Both the position numbers and the translations under genes were made by a program. The notes below the pieces were generated by a model. It was not told the origin of the DNA. It did no database searches and worked only from the letters and a program-made list of their open reading frames with translations. This document shows, piece by piece, positions 12,328 through 25,241 of a stretch of DNA of 64,000 bases. How positions within the stretch are numbered: the first letter of the stretch is position 1; each line of letters begins with the position of its first letter. Location of the stretch: positions 71,982,001 through 72,046,000 of the forward strand of contig OX597833.1 in NCBI GenBank assembly GCA_951406725.2, in the 5' to 3' direction. This DNA is from Octopus vulgaris. Taxonomy: Eukaryota.

Positions 12328-14790
12328 CAGTCATCATCATCGTTTAACGTCCATTTTCCTTGCTGGCATGGGTTGGATGGTTTGACTAAGGTCTGGAAAG
12401 CCATTGGCTGTGCAAGACTCCAATCTGATCTGGCAATGTTTCTACAGCTGGATGCCCTTCCTAACACCAACCACTCAGAGAGTGCAGTGGGTGCTTTTTT
12501 GCATGCTGCCAACATGGGAGCCAGTCAGGTGCGCCTAGCATCGATCATGTTTGGATGGTGCTTTTTATGTGCCACCAGCACTGGAGCCAGTTAGGGGGTA
12601 CTAGCATTGACCACGTTCGGATGGTGCTTTTTATGTGCCACTGGCACAGATATCAATCAGGTTGACCTGGCATTGACCACGTTTGGATGGTGCTTTTTAT
12701 GTGTCACCAGTGCAGGAGCCAGTCAGAGGTCACTGGCATCAACCACGTTTAGATGGTGCATTTTATGTTCCACCAGCATGGGAACCAGTCAGTGGGCACT
12801 GGCCACAGCTACAAATTTTGTTTTACTTGAGTCAACAGATTTTCTCAAGCACATAATATCGGCCGACGAATCAAGGGTACTCTTAAAAGGGCCGGACATG
12901 CAACAATGGCACCAGCCAAGGCTGTGATCTCACTTTAATTGCCAGGTCTTCTCAATCACAGCATATCTCCAAAGGTCTCAGTCTCCTGTCATTGCCTCTG
13001 TGAGGCCCAATGTTCGAAGATCATGCTTCACCACCTCATCCCATGTCTTCCTGGGTCTACCTCTTCCACATTTAGGGTGTGGCACTTTTTCACACAGTTG
13101 TCCTCTTCCATTCGCAACACATGACCATACCAGCGCAGCCGTCTCTCTTGCACACCACATCTGATGCTTCTTATGTCCAACTTATCTCTCAAGGTACTCA
13201 CACTCTGTTGTGTATACACACTGACATTACACATCCAGCGGATCATACTAGCTTCATTTCTTTCAAGCCTACGTAGGTCCTCAGCAGTCATGGTTCATGT
13301 TTCACTGCTTTGTAGCATGGCAGTTTGCACACATGTATCATAGAGTCTACCTTTCATCCTGAGCGAGAGGTCCTTAGTTGCCAGCAGAAGTAGGAGCTCC
13401 CTGAACCTTGCCCAGGCTATTCTTATTCTAGCCACTACACTCTCAGAGCATCTTCCCCCACTACAGACTTGGTTGCCTAGGTAGAAGAAGCTAGCAACTA
13501 CTTTTAGTTTCTCCCCCTGGCATATGATGGAATCTGTTTTCTGTGCATCTTCAGTGTCTATTGCCCCTGTGCATCTACAACACACAAAAACTATCTTCCT
13601 GGTTAACTTTCCTTTGATATTGCTGCACCTTATATGTGTCCATAGCTTACACCAGGTACATCGTATGGAGTTTCTACAGATCGAGCAGGGTCATCTACCT
13701 GAAGGGATTTGTGATTTGTCAGCCTTCCTACTTACTGAGACTTTGGTTTTTGCTAGGTTAACCCTAAGGCCCTTTGATTCTAGACCTTGCTTCCACACCC
13801 TAAACTTCATCTCTAATTCTGGTAGTGATTCAGCTATGAACGCAAGGTCATCAGCATAGAAGAGCTCCCAGGGGCAGCCTGACTTGAATTCCTCTGTCAT
13901 TGCCTGGAGGACTATGATGAATAAGAGGGAGCTGAGGACTGATCCTTGGTGAACCCCTACTTCTACCCAGAATTCTCCACTATACTCGTTGCCAACCCTC
14001 ACCTTACTGACAGCATTCGTGTACAGGGCCTGTACAGCTCTTACTAACCACTTGTCTATCCCCAGTTTTCACAGTGACCACCAGATAAGGGATCGGCGGT
14101 CCCTGTCAGAGGCTTTCTCCAAGTCAACAAAAGCCAAATACAGAGGTTTATCTTTGGCTAGATATTTCTCCTGCAGTTGCCTTACCAGAAATATAGCATC
14201 AGTGGTGCTTCTCCCTGGCACAAAACCAAACTGCATCTCATCTAGGCTAACTCTCTCCCTAATTAGTTAGGCTATGACCCTCTCTGTAACTTTCATAACT
14301 TGATCCAATAATTTGATACCCCTATAGTTATTTCTGTCTAAAGCATCACCTTTTCCCCTTGTAGTAGTTGACTATGGTGCTGCTACACCAGTCATTGGGT
14401 ATGACTCCTTCATGAACCACCTGATTTATGATGTGGGTGACAAGAACATAACCCACACCACCCAATATTTTAAACATCTCAGCGGTGATTCCTGATGGGC
14501 CAGGTGCTTTCCCTGTCTTAATTGCTTATCTACTAGGGTGCTATTGATTCGGGTAGCTGGTCCCTCAATTGGGTCAACCTTTGGCAGACTCTCCTCCTCC
14601 CATTAATTCTCCAGATTCAGCAGTCTTTCATAATGGCATCTCCAAGCCTCTCTCTTTGCAGAATCATTAAACACAAGGGCACCATCATGCATGTGGACAC
14701 ATTTCTCTCCTATGACATCACGGTTTCCTCTCACATACTGTCCTGCAATCCGAAATACTTCAGTTCTTTGGTCCTCATGTTGCTGAACAT
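12328..14790 (-). mobile_element. RTE-clade LINE, 5'-truncated and frameshifted, about 2.5 kb
   Basis: Consecutive minus-strand ORF pieces: GVHQGSVLS.LLFII...ELFYADDL (13691-14002), RIRIAWARFRELL...KGRLYDTCV (13295-13585), RRLRWYGHVLR (13028-13291); 3' UTR ends in (GAT)n at 12328. Confidence 0.92.
12488..12805. repeat. 66-bp tandem repeat (about 5 copies) in the RTE 3' UTR
   Basis: gatggtgctttttatgtgccaccagca... recurs at 12554, 12620, 12686 and 12752. Confidence 0.85.
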
Positions 14791-14799
14791 TGGCAAACT

Positions 14800-15303
14800 C
14801 CTTCTTTTCTGCTACTCCCTTGGCTATGTATACCTGTCAGTGTGCACGTATAACAGAGTGTAAGCGTCTTGAGAGAAAAATTGGGCATAAGAGGCATTAC
14901 ATGTGGTGTACTATGCTGGTATGGTCCTGTGATGTGTTTGGACGAGGGCAGCTGAATAAAGAAGTGCCTAACTGTGGAGGGAACCTGTTGAAGAAGTAGA
15001 CCCAGGAAGACACAGGACGAGGTAGTGAAGCATGAGCTACAGAGGTTTAGTTTCACAGAGTTGATGATGTGTGATGGAGACGTTTGGCAATTTGCTTGAG
15101 AAGACATGTCAAGCGAAGTGAAGTCATGGCCAGTGTTGGTGACACGTAAAAGGCACCCACCACACTCTCGGAGTGGTTGGCATTTGGAAGGGCATCCAGC
15201 CATAGAAACCAAGCCACACCAGACTTGGACCTGGTACAGCTCTCTGGCTTACCAGTTCTAGTCAAACAGCCAGCATGGAAAACATGCTAAATGATGATGA
15301 TGA
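14800..15303 (+). mobile_element. Second RTE 3' fragment, opposite orientation
   Basis: Same family as 12328-14790 (ORF2 end and 3' UTR), ends atgatgatga at 15303. Confidence 0.8.
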
Positions 15304-15304
15304 T

Positions 15305-15662
15305 ATCATCATCGTTGTTTAACGTCCGCTTTCCATGCTAGCATGGGTTGGACGATTTTGACTGAGGGCTGGCGAACCAGATGGCTTGCACCAGGCTCCA
15401 ATCTTGATCTGGCAGAGTTTCTACAGCTGGATGCCCTTCCTAACACCAACCACTCCGAGAGTGTAGTGGGTGCTTTTACATACCACTGGCACAGGGCCAG
15501 TCAGGCGGTACTGGTAACGGTCAGACTCGAATCTTTTACACATGCCAACGGCACAGGTGCCAGTAAGGCGATGCTGGTAACGGTCACACTCAGATGGTGC
15601 CTTTTTATGTGCCACCGGCACGGAGGCCTGATAGCCGCTCTGGCAACGATTACGCTCGGATA
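15305..15662 (-). mobile_element. Third RTE 3'-UTR fragment, tail-to-tail with the previous one
   Basis: catcatcgttgtttaacgtccgctttccatgctagcatgggttggac...ctggatgcccttcctaacaccaacc. Confidence 0.8.
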
Positions 15663-15778
15663 TGACAGGAGGGTTTATTAAAGCTTTTGTTAGATATATG
15701 CCCTGTTCTGAAGTAACCCTAATCCCACTACACTATTGTGATCACCATTCCTGAGAAGTGTTGATGTAAAGGCTACTA

Positions 15779-15809
<31 letters not shown>

Positions 15810-17119
15810 TTACTTTTGCCTAAGTGTTTGTCATTTAGTAGGTTACTAAGAAGAAAGGATGGTCAAGAGATTGTAGAGAGAGAGGTGAGGGGGGAAGAAT
15901 GTATTAAGGAGTGGAAGTTTACAGTGGAGAACAAAAACACTTGAGATAATATTGAACGGTGTTCGTTGTTCTAGAAATAGCAGCCAAACCCTTATCATGT
16001 GGAATCCAACTGTCTCAAGAACAGAGACTTATTACATAAAGTAACCTTAAGTAACGACATGAATAAAAGACTTGATGGTCACATTTGGAATATCCTTCAA
16101 TCAGTAACGTAGCTGGGTGGAGGAGAGGCGGACGGTAGGGGCGGTCAGCACTTTTCATCTTGTTGTAGGCTTTTGCTGTTAGGAGCCTCTGGAAGTCATG
16201 TCTCCACGACCTTCACAGGTGTAGTGGATAGATGGATGGGTGAGTGTGATTTGAAGAAGATTTGGCTGCTATTTCTAACAGATTGACAAAGAAAACTGTT
16301 AAAATTTTCGAGAGGCCCTTACTAAGTTCGTGGAAAGGAAGAAACGAAAGTTATGATTTTCATGTTTTTCTCAAAGGTATTAAACATCGTTAAAAAGTCA
16401 AATAGTTACAAAATATATATGAATGTGTGTAGAGAGAAGAGAGTCTGACGAAACAAGCTTTGATCCGCGTTGGTAAATCAAAAAAAAAGAAGACAACAAG
16501 ATCGTGTTCTGTGAAAATCTAAAATTTCAACAGACTGCTCTTGGAAGAAATGAAAGAGTGTTGTTCTTGTTGTTTCGGGCCAGGTCAGTTCTGATTGAGT
16601 CGACCCTTATCATCAAAGATATATATTCTAGCCATCTTTTTCCCTTTTTCTTTCTTTATTTTATTTTTATTCTTCGTTTTTGCAATGTTGCTGGATCGAG
16701 AAATGAGTTATGTTTTCTGTCAGTCTTTTTTACAAAGAAAAATACGATGGAATGTTGTAGATGAAGTTATTTTTGGCAGTGGAGCAAATACGAAGTGAAA
16801 TAGTTGGAGAAAACTAAGAATTGGAACTTGGTTCGCTCGTTACTCGCCAACTTCATCGACGAACCAACGAGGGCAAGCCCCTACATAGAACTGCTAGAAA
16901 TAGCAGTCAAATATCCTTCAAATCACTCCCTACCATCGTAACAAAAACACAAAACAACTTGACATAAAGATGGGATTGTTATGGTTTTTACTTCCTTGGA
17001 TCGTAAGTGTGTTTGTAGGGGGCCTGGCCGGGGTCTTCACAAAAACACTTGCCTTGATATCTAATAAAATAAACACTATTTTCAGTGACCTTTAATGGTA
17101 ATGTCCTGTTCAGTGGAAG

Positions 17120-17290
17120 TGAGAGCGAAAGAGAAAAAGAGACAATGTGTGTATGTGAGAGAGAGAGAGAGAGAGCGAGAGAAAGAAAGAAAGAAAGATA
17201 GAAGAATAAAGAGAGAAAGAAAGAAAGAAAGATAGAAGAATAAAGAGAGAAAGAAAGAAAGAAGAATAAAGTGAGAGAGAAAGAGGGGGG
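17120..17290. repeat. (GA)n/(GAAA)n purine-rich low-complexity tract
   Basis: Directly visible. Confidence 0.9.
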
Positions 17291-17717
17291 TGTTACACTT
17301 TCGAAAACGCGATTTCGCAAACTGTTGAGTTTCTCAAAGGTAAAGGACAGTTATTTTATCTCCGTTCAACCTTCACCCGGTTAATCTTCACCCGGTTAAT
17401 CTTCACCCCGTTAATCTTCACCCGTTAATCTTCTCCCCACCCTATTATTTTTCACGTTTTGTTCTTATTTTATTTATTTACTTTGAAGAAATGGTTTTCT
17501 TTTGACAACTTTGAATTTGTTTTGCTAGAATTTTGATGCTCATAATTTAGGAAGGACTCAAAGCACAATCTCTGGACGTTGCTCTTTCTTTCCTCAAACC
17601 AGTCGAGGTTTGTTTCGTGTCCCCCAAATTACTTTTCCTCTCTGCACCGATGTAGCGAAAAGTATTATTCTTGGGGGACATCAATTGCTTTAGAAAAAGA
17701 AAAAGAAGTGAAATATA

Positions 17718-17875
17718 TATTTCTTTATTACCCACAAGGGGCCAAACATAGAGGGGACAAACAAGGACAGACAAAGGGATTAAGTCGATTACATCGACCC
17801 CAGTGCGTAACTGGTACTTATTTAATCGACCCCGAGAGGATGAAAGGCAAAGTCGACCTCGGCGGAATTTGAACT
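17718..17875 (-). mobile_element. 5'-truncated tRNA-derived SINE (family A) with 13-bp TSD
   Basis: Matches 29625-29857 in reverse; direct repeat GAAGTGAAATATA at 17705-17717 and 17876-17888. Confidence 0.85.
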
Positions 17876-19103
17876 GAAGTGAAATATAGTCAAACAACAA
17901 CCGGCGAGTTTGTTTATAATTAATTACGATTCTTCCCAAATATAACAACATTTATTTATTCGCTCCTATGAGGATCGACGTTGATTAACCGTTTGCTGTT
18001 CCGGCAATCGGAGTCTTTGGCTCGTCTTCCATTTCCATTCTTCATTTGACCATTTTTACTTCACTCGCGCCTATTATTTTGCTGATCAATAAGTGACCAA
18101 TACAGAATTCCATCTAATCGAAATCAGGGGCCGTTTTACCCCTTCTTTGCTAAAAGGACTGGACACGATGCAACCTGACGGGGAAGATGTTGACGAACCG
18201 GATCACGGAATTCATTTGGAATCGTTTTCTATGTGTTTTTTTTTTTAAGAAACCACTTGTTAACGTTTGTTTATATATGTATATATATGTGGCCACAACA
18301 TGCCGCTCGGTTGTTTAACATCAACAACCAGTCGTTGCTCCGTCCCTAGCGGAGTTCCATCATTGTTGCAATCATTCGAAATGGTCACCCACCACCGTTG
18401 GTTTCCTGCCTCTCTTAAATTATGCCCTGCGGGTATTCAAGCTGGTTATCAATTGCATCAACCTCGCCACCCGGGGTATACCTTCAGAAATCATAGACAT
18501 TTATAATAAATATTTCCCAGCACGAGTTTCGTTGGTGTTGTTTAGCTACGAACCCGTCAATTCAGCCCTGAGCGAGCAGAAATATGATCAAAGACATCCC
18601 AGCTATGTCTACACTCTCTGTTATTCAGACTACACGACACACTTTGTACTTTAAGACTGTAAAGTATAAGAGCAGGGAAGTTTGACATGAAGTGAAAAGA
18701 CAAAAACGCTAATTGTCGGTTGAGTTTTAAACACCGAAGTTCTTTATAATTAATTAGTTGCTCGTTAGCTGGTTATTAATTAAACCTCGAGTTTACAGGA
18801 ATATTTCGAGATTTTGTGCCTTCAAACATCGCAGTCAGGGCTTCTCTAAAAATGATGTGACACTATAAATAAACTGTGTTTTTTGTTAAACATCGTTTGA
18901 CCTTTAAAAAACAACAATAACAACAAAACATTCAGGCGTGTGTGTGTGTATCATCATCATCATCCTTTAACGACCATGCTGGCATGGGTTGGACGGTCTG
19001 ACAGGAGCTGATAAGCCAGAGGGCTGCATCAAGCTCCCCTATCTGTTTTGGTCTGTTTTACGGCTGGATGTCCACCCTAAATGCCAACCACCAGCACAGT
19101 CTA

Positions 19104-19639
19104 CGGGGAGATTGGAAAGTGACTCCCTTTTTTTGGAATACTTATAAATTATTTCATCATCAGTAATTTTTTTCTCAAATATTTTTGTTTGTTTTTTGAA
19201 GTCTGAGAATCTGATTTGTAATTACATTATTGGCCTTGTCTGTGACTGACTGACTGCCCACTTGGCCAGGAGATGGATGGCTCATTGGGATCCGCATGAG
19301 TGGTCAGCCATGAATCCAAACTTAACACCCTCTGACTTCTTTCTTTGGCGTTGGTTAAAGGAACAAGTCTACTGTACCAAACCGAAGACTTTGGAAGAAG
19401 TTGAAGGGTGAATGCCACAGGTTGTCTCTTCTTCCCTCCCACAAGAGTTCCTGGTGAGATCAGTTGCCACGGTTCCTGGGCAACTCAAGAAGCTGGTGGT
19501 GACACCTGGAGCCCATATCAGATTCTAAATAAAACCTCAAGCTAAAAGCTTTCCTCTCATATTCATTTTTTGTAAAAATTACAATTAATAAATAATTCAT
19601 AAGTATTTTTAAATTGGGAGTTACTTTTCAATCACTCTG
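19104..19639 (+). mobile_element. Internally deleted Tc1/mariner element
   Basis: TA-flanked imperfect TIRs (CGGGGAGATTGGAAAGTGACTCCC ... GGGAGTTACTTTTCAATCACTCTG); internal PNLTPSDFFLWRWLKEQVYCTKPKTLEE matches the transposase SPDL-DFFLWG motif. Confidence 0.85.
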
Positions 19640-19670
<31 letters not shown>

Positions 19671-20340
19671 CGAAAACATAAGGAAAATTAGAAAATGTTT
19701 AGAGGATTTTATCATAGAAAACAGTTCGTATACTTTTTGCATAAAATCCGCATAATGATGTATTTCATTGTGAAAGTTGCATTTAATTTTTCATTCAATT
19801 TTTCTTTCCATTTTATTTCAGTCAGAAGAACTCATTTTGAATTATTGGAACCGGAACTTATTTTCTTTTCCTTTTCCATGATAAAGTCCTCCAAACATTC
19901 TCTTTTTTTCCCTATTTTTTCAATATATATTTACTCATGTGTATCCTCTTAAATGATTCTAGAGGTATGTATATGTGTGTGTGTGTATATCTATCTGTCT
20001 GTCTGTCTATCTATCTATATCATCATCATCATCTTCATCACGGACTCTCCCATTGTTAGACAATGTATGAGGGTTCTGCAATTTCCTTTTTGAACAGCCT
20101 GTACAGATGATTTGTTAAAAGGGATCAAATGTTTGCTGTTTCCATAATCTCACTCCTGCCATCCGATTAATATTGCATGCACTGTTGCATGGTATGCCAC
20201 GTACCAGACGGTGAAATGGTTGCAGAGCAAATGTGAAATGAAGTGTTTTGCTCAAGAACACAATGCAATGCCTGGTCTAGGAATTGTCTGTGTGTATATC
20301 TGTATACGTATGATGATGATTATATATATATATATATATT

Positions 20341-20731
20341 CTTTTACTCTTTTACTTGTTTCAGTCATTTGACTGCGGCCATGCTGGAGCACCGCCTTTA
20401 GTCGAGCAAATCGACCCCGGGACTTATTCTTTGTAAGCCCAGTACTTATTCTATCGGTCTCTTTTGCCGAACCGCTAAGTGACGGGGACGTAAACACACC
20501 AGCATCGGTTGTCAGGCAATGCTAGGGGGACAAATACAGACATACAAACACATTTATATATATATACATATACACGACAGGCTTCTTTCAGTTTCCGTCT
20601 ACCAAATCCACTCACAAGGCATTTGGTTGGCCCGAGGGCTATAGCAGAAGACACTTGCCCAAGATGCCACACAGTGGGACTGAACCCGGAACCATGTGGT
20701 TGGTTAGCAAGCTACTTGCCACTCCTGCGCC
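20341..20731 (-). mobile_element. Near full-length CORE-like SINE (family B)
   Basis: 5' GGCGCAGGAGTGGC...GGTTCAGTCCC...CTTGGGCAAGTGTCT, internal (TA/CA)n, 3' GTAAAAGA repeats; near-identical copies at 46265-46640 and 40460-40812. Confidence 0.85.
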
Positions 20732-20753
20732 TATATATATATACACATACATA

Positions 20754-20795
<42 letters not shown>

Positions 20796-21443
20796 TAGAT
20801 AGATAGATAGATATACATACACACACACTCAGTGTGTTCATGCTAAATTTGACATTTTGCATAAAAAGGAATGAAAACACTATATTCCATTCAAAAATAA
20901 AAATATTTTAGAGATTCAAAAAATACCAACTAGATTGTTGGTGGGAGATGGCTTTACTCAGTGTAGCTGCGTTCAGCTTGCACAATGGCCTCAAAATGGC
21001 TCTGAGACCTGGTGCATGCGTTCCTTGCTCTATTAATGGTGTGTGGAGGAGAAACAACCTGGTATTGTGATTAGGGCAAGAACTTGTTGTTGTTGTTGTT
21101 GGTGGTGGTAGTGGTGGATGACAAGAAGAGGAAAGACATGTCTATCTGATGTTTGGGTGGGGGCAGATTCATGAGTACAGAAATAAAAACATCATTAGAA
21201 TGGCTGAAGAACGTATCGTAAAGGCTGAAGAAGATCTCTCTCCAAAGAATATTGAAAAATTCTACAAATATAAAGAAAAAAGAACAGAAGTTTGTAAATG
21301 GATAATTGAAATACAAAACACAAAACACTGAAAGATTGGCATTGAATACAGCCAAGTTTATAACATTTTATCTCCAAGATTACTTGGAAACAATCAAGGA
21401 GTAAGAAATACTCATCAAGTACTGGTCACTTTGTGCTTTGTTG

Positions 21444-21759
21444 TGTCCAGGTTTCATTGACAAGTCTACTTGAGGGACCATGTTGAGGCTACCTCATTGG
21501 TTGTAGAGAGAGAGGTGACCAACTCTAAATTAAAGAATGGCCAGTTAAAGTCAGACCAGTTTGTATCCTGTGAGAAGCATTGTGTTGCATTCATTATCAA
21601 AACAGGTTTCAGTGGTCCCTTGATTAAAGATAATGTCCTCTCATCAGTTTTGGAGGGTGATGGCCATGGCCATTCCTCCTCTGAGTAAGGCATTAAAAAC
21701 ACTTGTCACAGGATACAAACTGCTGAAACTTTAACTGACCATTCCTTAATGACTTGGTC

Positions 21760-21836
<77 letters not shown>

Positions 21837-21908
21837 TCTGTCCAGTATCAGTCAATGAGGTAGCCTCAACATGGTCACTCAAATAGAGTTGTCAATAAAA
21901 CCTGGACA
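21444..21908. mobile_element. MITE-like element with long (~80-100 bp) terminal inverted repeats
   Basis: tgtccaggtttcattgacaagtctacttgagggaccatgttgaggctacctcattg...gagaggtgaccaa is inverted at 21753-21908, with a (CT)n expansion inside the right arm. Confidence 0.7.
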
Positions 21909-22563
21909 TTAAAAATCCAAAACTGAAAGCGCCACAGTTCTTCTGTTACAGCAGATTGGTGACACCCAAGAGCGACGAGAATTAATGGACACAAAACGTG
22001 TGTTGATCCATTCCACACCTCAGGTTGTTTAATTGATCTCTGGTGATTGGCATTGTTATCATTTTAGATATTTCTTTTTGAAGAACAATTGATTAAAACA
22101 CAAACAGGCAGCCCTGCCCCCACCCCCCGACTCCCTTCCTGCTTCCGAGTATAGCTTGGCAGCATCTCTTACAGTTTTGCTAAATTTTTTAGGAAGCTGA
22201 AACAGACCCTGTCCTGGTCCCTTCAGCTTTGATCAGGGCTCAGTACCAGGCGCTCCCTGCACTTGGCTACTCATTACCTGAGTAGACTGAAGTGAAGTGT
22301 CCTTCTGAAGGGTGCAACGTGCCACTTGTTCCAGGAACTGAAGCCAAGACCCGAGGAGCATGGAATTGGCGCCTGAACCACTTGGCCAGCCAGGTTCACT
22401 TACTGAATGGGTTAGGGTTTCTTCTTAGGGTCATATCTTGTTTCCCATCAGCCATTTCTGTTTAAAGGAGAAGAATGAAGAAAGTTTGTATATTGTCATT
22501 ACAGATGCTGATTTGAATCACTTAGAAGTTTCCAGAAAGAAGAGAAAAAAATTTTGTGGAAAC

Positions 22564-22722
22564 ATGCCATGGATAGGTTCCTACGTTTTTTCCCGAGTAG
22601 CTTTCTACCCTTCACTGTTCTACAACTACTGCATGTCCAAAGTAAGCAGCCGCAACTGGTATGATCGTATCGATGAGACTGTCATCCTGGGCGCCTTGCC
22701 TCTGCGGCCCATCGCCAAAACG
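22564..22722 (+). CDS. PTPMT1: PTPMT1 coding exon 1 (mitochondrial phosphatidylglycerophosphatase)
   Basis: [21 protein letters not shown]...[22 protein letters not shown]1-specific N-terminus; GTGAG donor at 22723; acceptor at 22504 implies an upstream 5' exon. Confidence 0.9.
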
Positions 22723-23607
22723 GTGAGGTTCTTCTTCAGTTAAAAAATTTCTTTTCACTGTTATTAGTCCTGTTGTTGTTCAGGCCTGGACCAACTCTAG
22801 CTGAGCAGGCCTTTTGTTATCAAGAATATTTCAGATGTGACCATTTAAAAAGCACCGAGATGATATATTGTAAGGGGGGAGACCAGAATCTGAGAAGCAA
22901 GATTCTGTTAAATTTGCAGCATTTCAGTTTTGAAAGTTTTAAGAGAATCCAATATTTTCAAGTTAGCAATGTTTTTCTCAGTCTCTGGCCGGTACTCACG
23001 AGAACAATTCTTCGTAGTTCTGGTTCTTTTGAGTTTCCTGGTTTTGGGTCACAATGTTTAAGATCACCATTTGGTATTATTATCGTTGTTGTTATTATTA
23101 TTATAGACAAAGTGTATCCTGGATTGCATTATCCAATGTGTCCTTTCTTTTTTTTTTGAAGATGGTTGGAAGTGATATGAGAGAGATTTGGCCGTTGAAG
23201 GAGCCATTAAGTACCCCCCCCCCAACCACTTGACAGTTCCTTCATTGATTCATTGTTTGTCCTGTCATCTGAGCTGGTAAAGTGATGGCAGATTGTTAAG
23301 TATATAAGTTCTCACTTGAGACTCTCCCATATTTCTTCTCTCAAACAACCTTCACTTCTTGAGAGTCTCTCTCCATTCAACCTCTGCTGGGTTCTCTGCA
23401 AACTGCCATGGATTCTGTTGCCCAAAATTGGTTTCTAGACAACAATACCATGTTGTGGTGCTGATCGTTAACATTAATGGTTATTATCGTTTTGTTGTTT
23501 TGTTGCTGTTGTTGTTTAACTCCAGGATAGCTTTGATAAGCAAACTCAGGATCAAAGACATTCCACTCATGACTATCCCATCTATTTTTGCTTCTTCAGT
23601 CACTTAA

Positions 23608-23827
23608 CCCTTTCATTACCAACCCGGCTGAAACCGGCCCTGGCTCTGAGTACAAATGTCTTGTTTTCATAAGTTCTGAATTAAAATCTTCCACCAAACC
23701 TTAGTCACAATTTATGTTCCCAACACTAGCTTAATGATAACGAAGTTATTTTACTAAATTCTTTGTTATATTTAAAGTAATTGAAAGAAACACAGAACAT
23801 CTCAAAATAAATATGGTAACGAAAGGG
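23608..23827. mobile_element. piggyBac-type MITE (220 bp)
   Basis: TTAA at 23604-23607 and 23828-23831; TIRs CCCTTTCATTACC / GGTAACGAAAGGG. Confidence 0.85.
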
Positions 23828-24611
23828 TTAAATATATTTTCTGACATGGTTTTACTTTGTTTAGGGTTTAATTAGGGAGACAAAATGCCTGGGGTCTTTG
23901 TAAAGGACCAGTCCAGGACAGTGACTTGATGGAATCGTTACATCCTCAGATGAAATAACTTCTCTGCATATGTTCTGGCCTTTTTGTGTTCTGAATGTAA
24001 ATTGTACCCATGGGTTCGGATCCCATGGGTGGTCAGAACTCATCACCCAATCATGGGACCACAACTGTTACAACGGCTTCAACAGGTGGAGAAAGATAGT
24101 GAAAGATGATGGTGGTGGGAGTGGTGGTGATGGTGATGTTGGTGGCAATGCTATTAGAAGGAGTCTTTGCTGCTACTTTTAGTAAATCAAGTAACCAGTC
24201 AAGGCCCCTTTGTTTTGAAGTTTTTATGGGTGAATGACTGATGCTCTTCCTATTTTTGATCACTCAACTGTGAAAGAGTTGAAGCTGTTGTCAGTCAGGT
24301 AAACTACCACAAGGAAACTGGTTCCAGAGGCATGGCACCATTGAACTTTGGAACTGGCTTTTCATTATAACCTCTCAATTACTATATTTTTAATGAAATC
24401 CTCTTTGCTGAAATTAATTTTGAAAATAATGACAAATTGAGGAAAGCAATTATTCCATTATTCCCCAGCTGTGGTAAAGGCCATTTCACTAAGGTTCCAT
24501 GCAGTGAGATAACTGAACATGAAGCCAAACTGTCCCTGGCTCCACAGGGATGCCAACCCCTATTTGTCTAAATTAGTTGTTTATCAAACTTGACTTAAAT
24601 TTTATTTGCAG

Positions 24612-24692
24612 CTTATTAATCAAGAAAATGTTCGTGGTATAATCTCGGCCAACCTGGACCATGAAATTAAACATTTCACACCAACAGAGGAG
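24612..24692 (+). CDS. PTPMT1: PTPMT1 coding exon 2
   Basis: ttgcag acceptor, LINQENVRGIISANLDHEIKHFTPTEE, GTAAAT donor, phase 0/0. Confidence 0.9.
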
Positions 24693-24939
24693 GTAAATAC
24701 CAGCCTTGAGCTGCAAATTTTTGTTTTTATTTTAATTATTACAAAATAATTAATCACTTTCGGGTTGACTTTCATCTTTCTGGAAGAATGAGGAGTCAAT
24801 GAAATAGGGTTCCAATCACGTTATTGTGTTTAACCCTTTAACATTTAATGTTCTGCCCCTTTTATGTTCAAATTGGCCAGATCCAGCCTCTCACACCTAC
24901 CCTACAAGGTCATTCTAAAAATATACATGCACAAGTCCT

Positions 24940-25110
24940 CCATTAGAATGGAATGCATTGATCACTCTTGACTGATGCATGTTGTGTCACTCCTTAATCC
25001 AACTTTTGTCCATGGTGTCATCCTCAAAAGTCTGATGAATCTTCTGGATGGTTTCAGCTTGAGTTTCACTAAGTTTTCGGCAAAACTTGATGCAATATCA
25101 CTGCTCAATG
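24940..25110 (-). mobile_element. Mariner transposase N-terminal relic
   Basis: Minus strand reads YCIKFCRKLSETQAETIQKIHQTFEDDTM, mariner HTH-like. Confidence 0.65.
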
Positions 25111-25209
25111 TATTCAGTGGAAACGGAAATCCTACATGATCACTATGGCACTCTTCTACTTTTTATTTCTGTATAACTTCTGGAGGAGTTACCTCAGTCC
25201 TATATAATC

Positions 25210-25210
<1 letters not shown>

Positions 25211-25241
<31 letters not shown>

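Noticed and set aside
12488-12805. Regularly spaced repeats as a CRISPR-like array
   Set aside because: Whole 66-bp units are homologous with no unique spacers, they lie in an RTE 3' UTR, and the DNA is eukaryotic with no cas genes.
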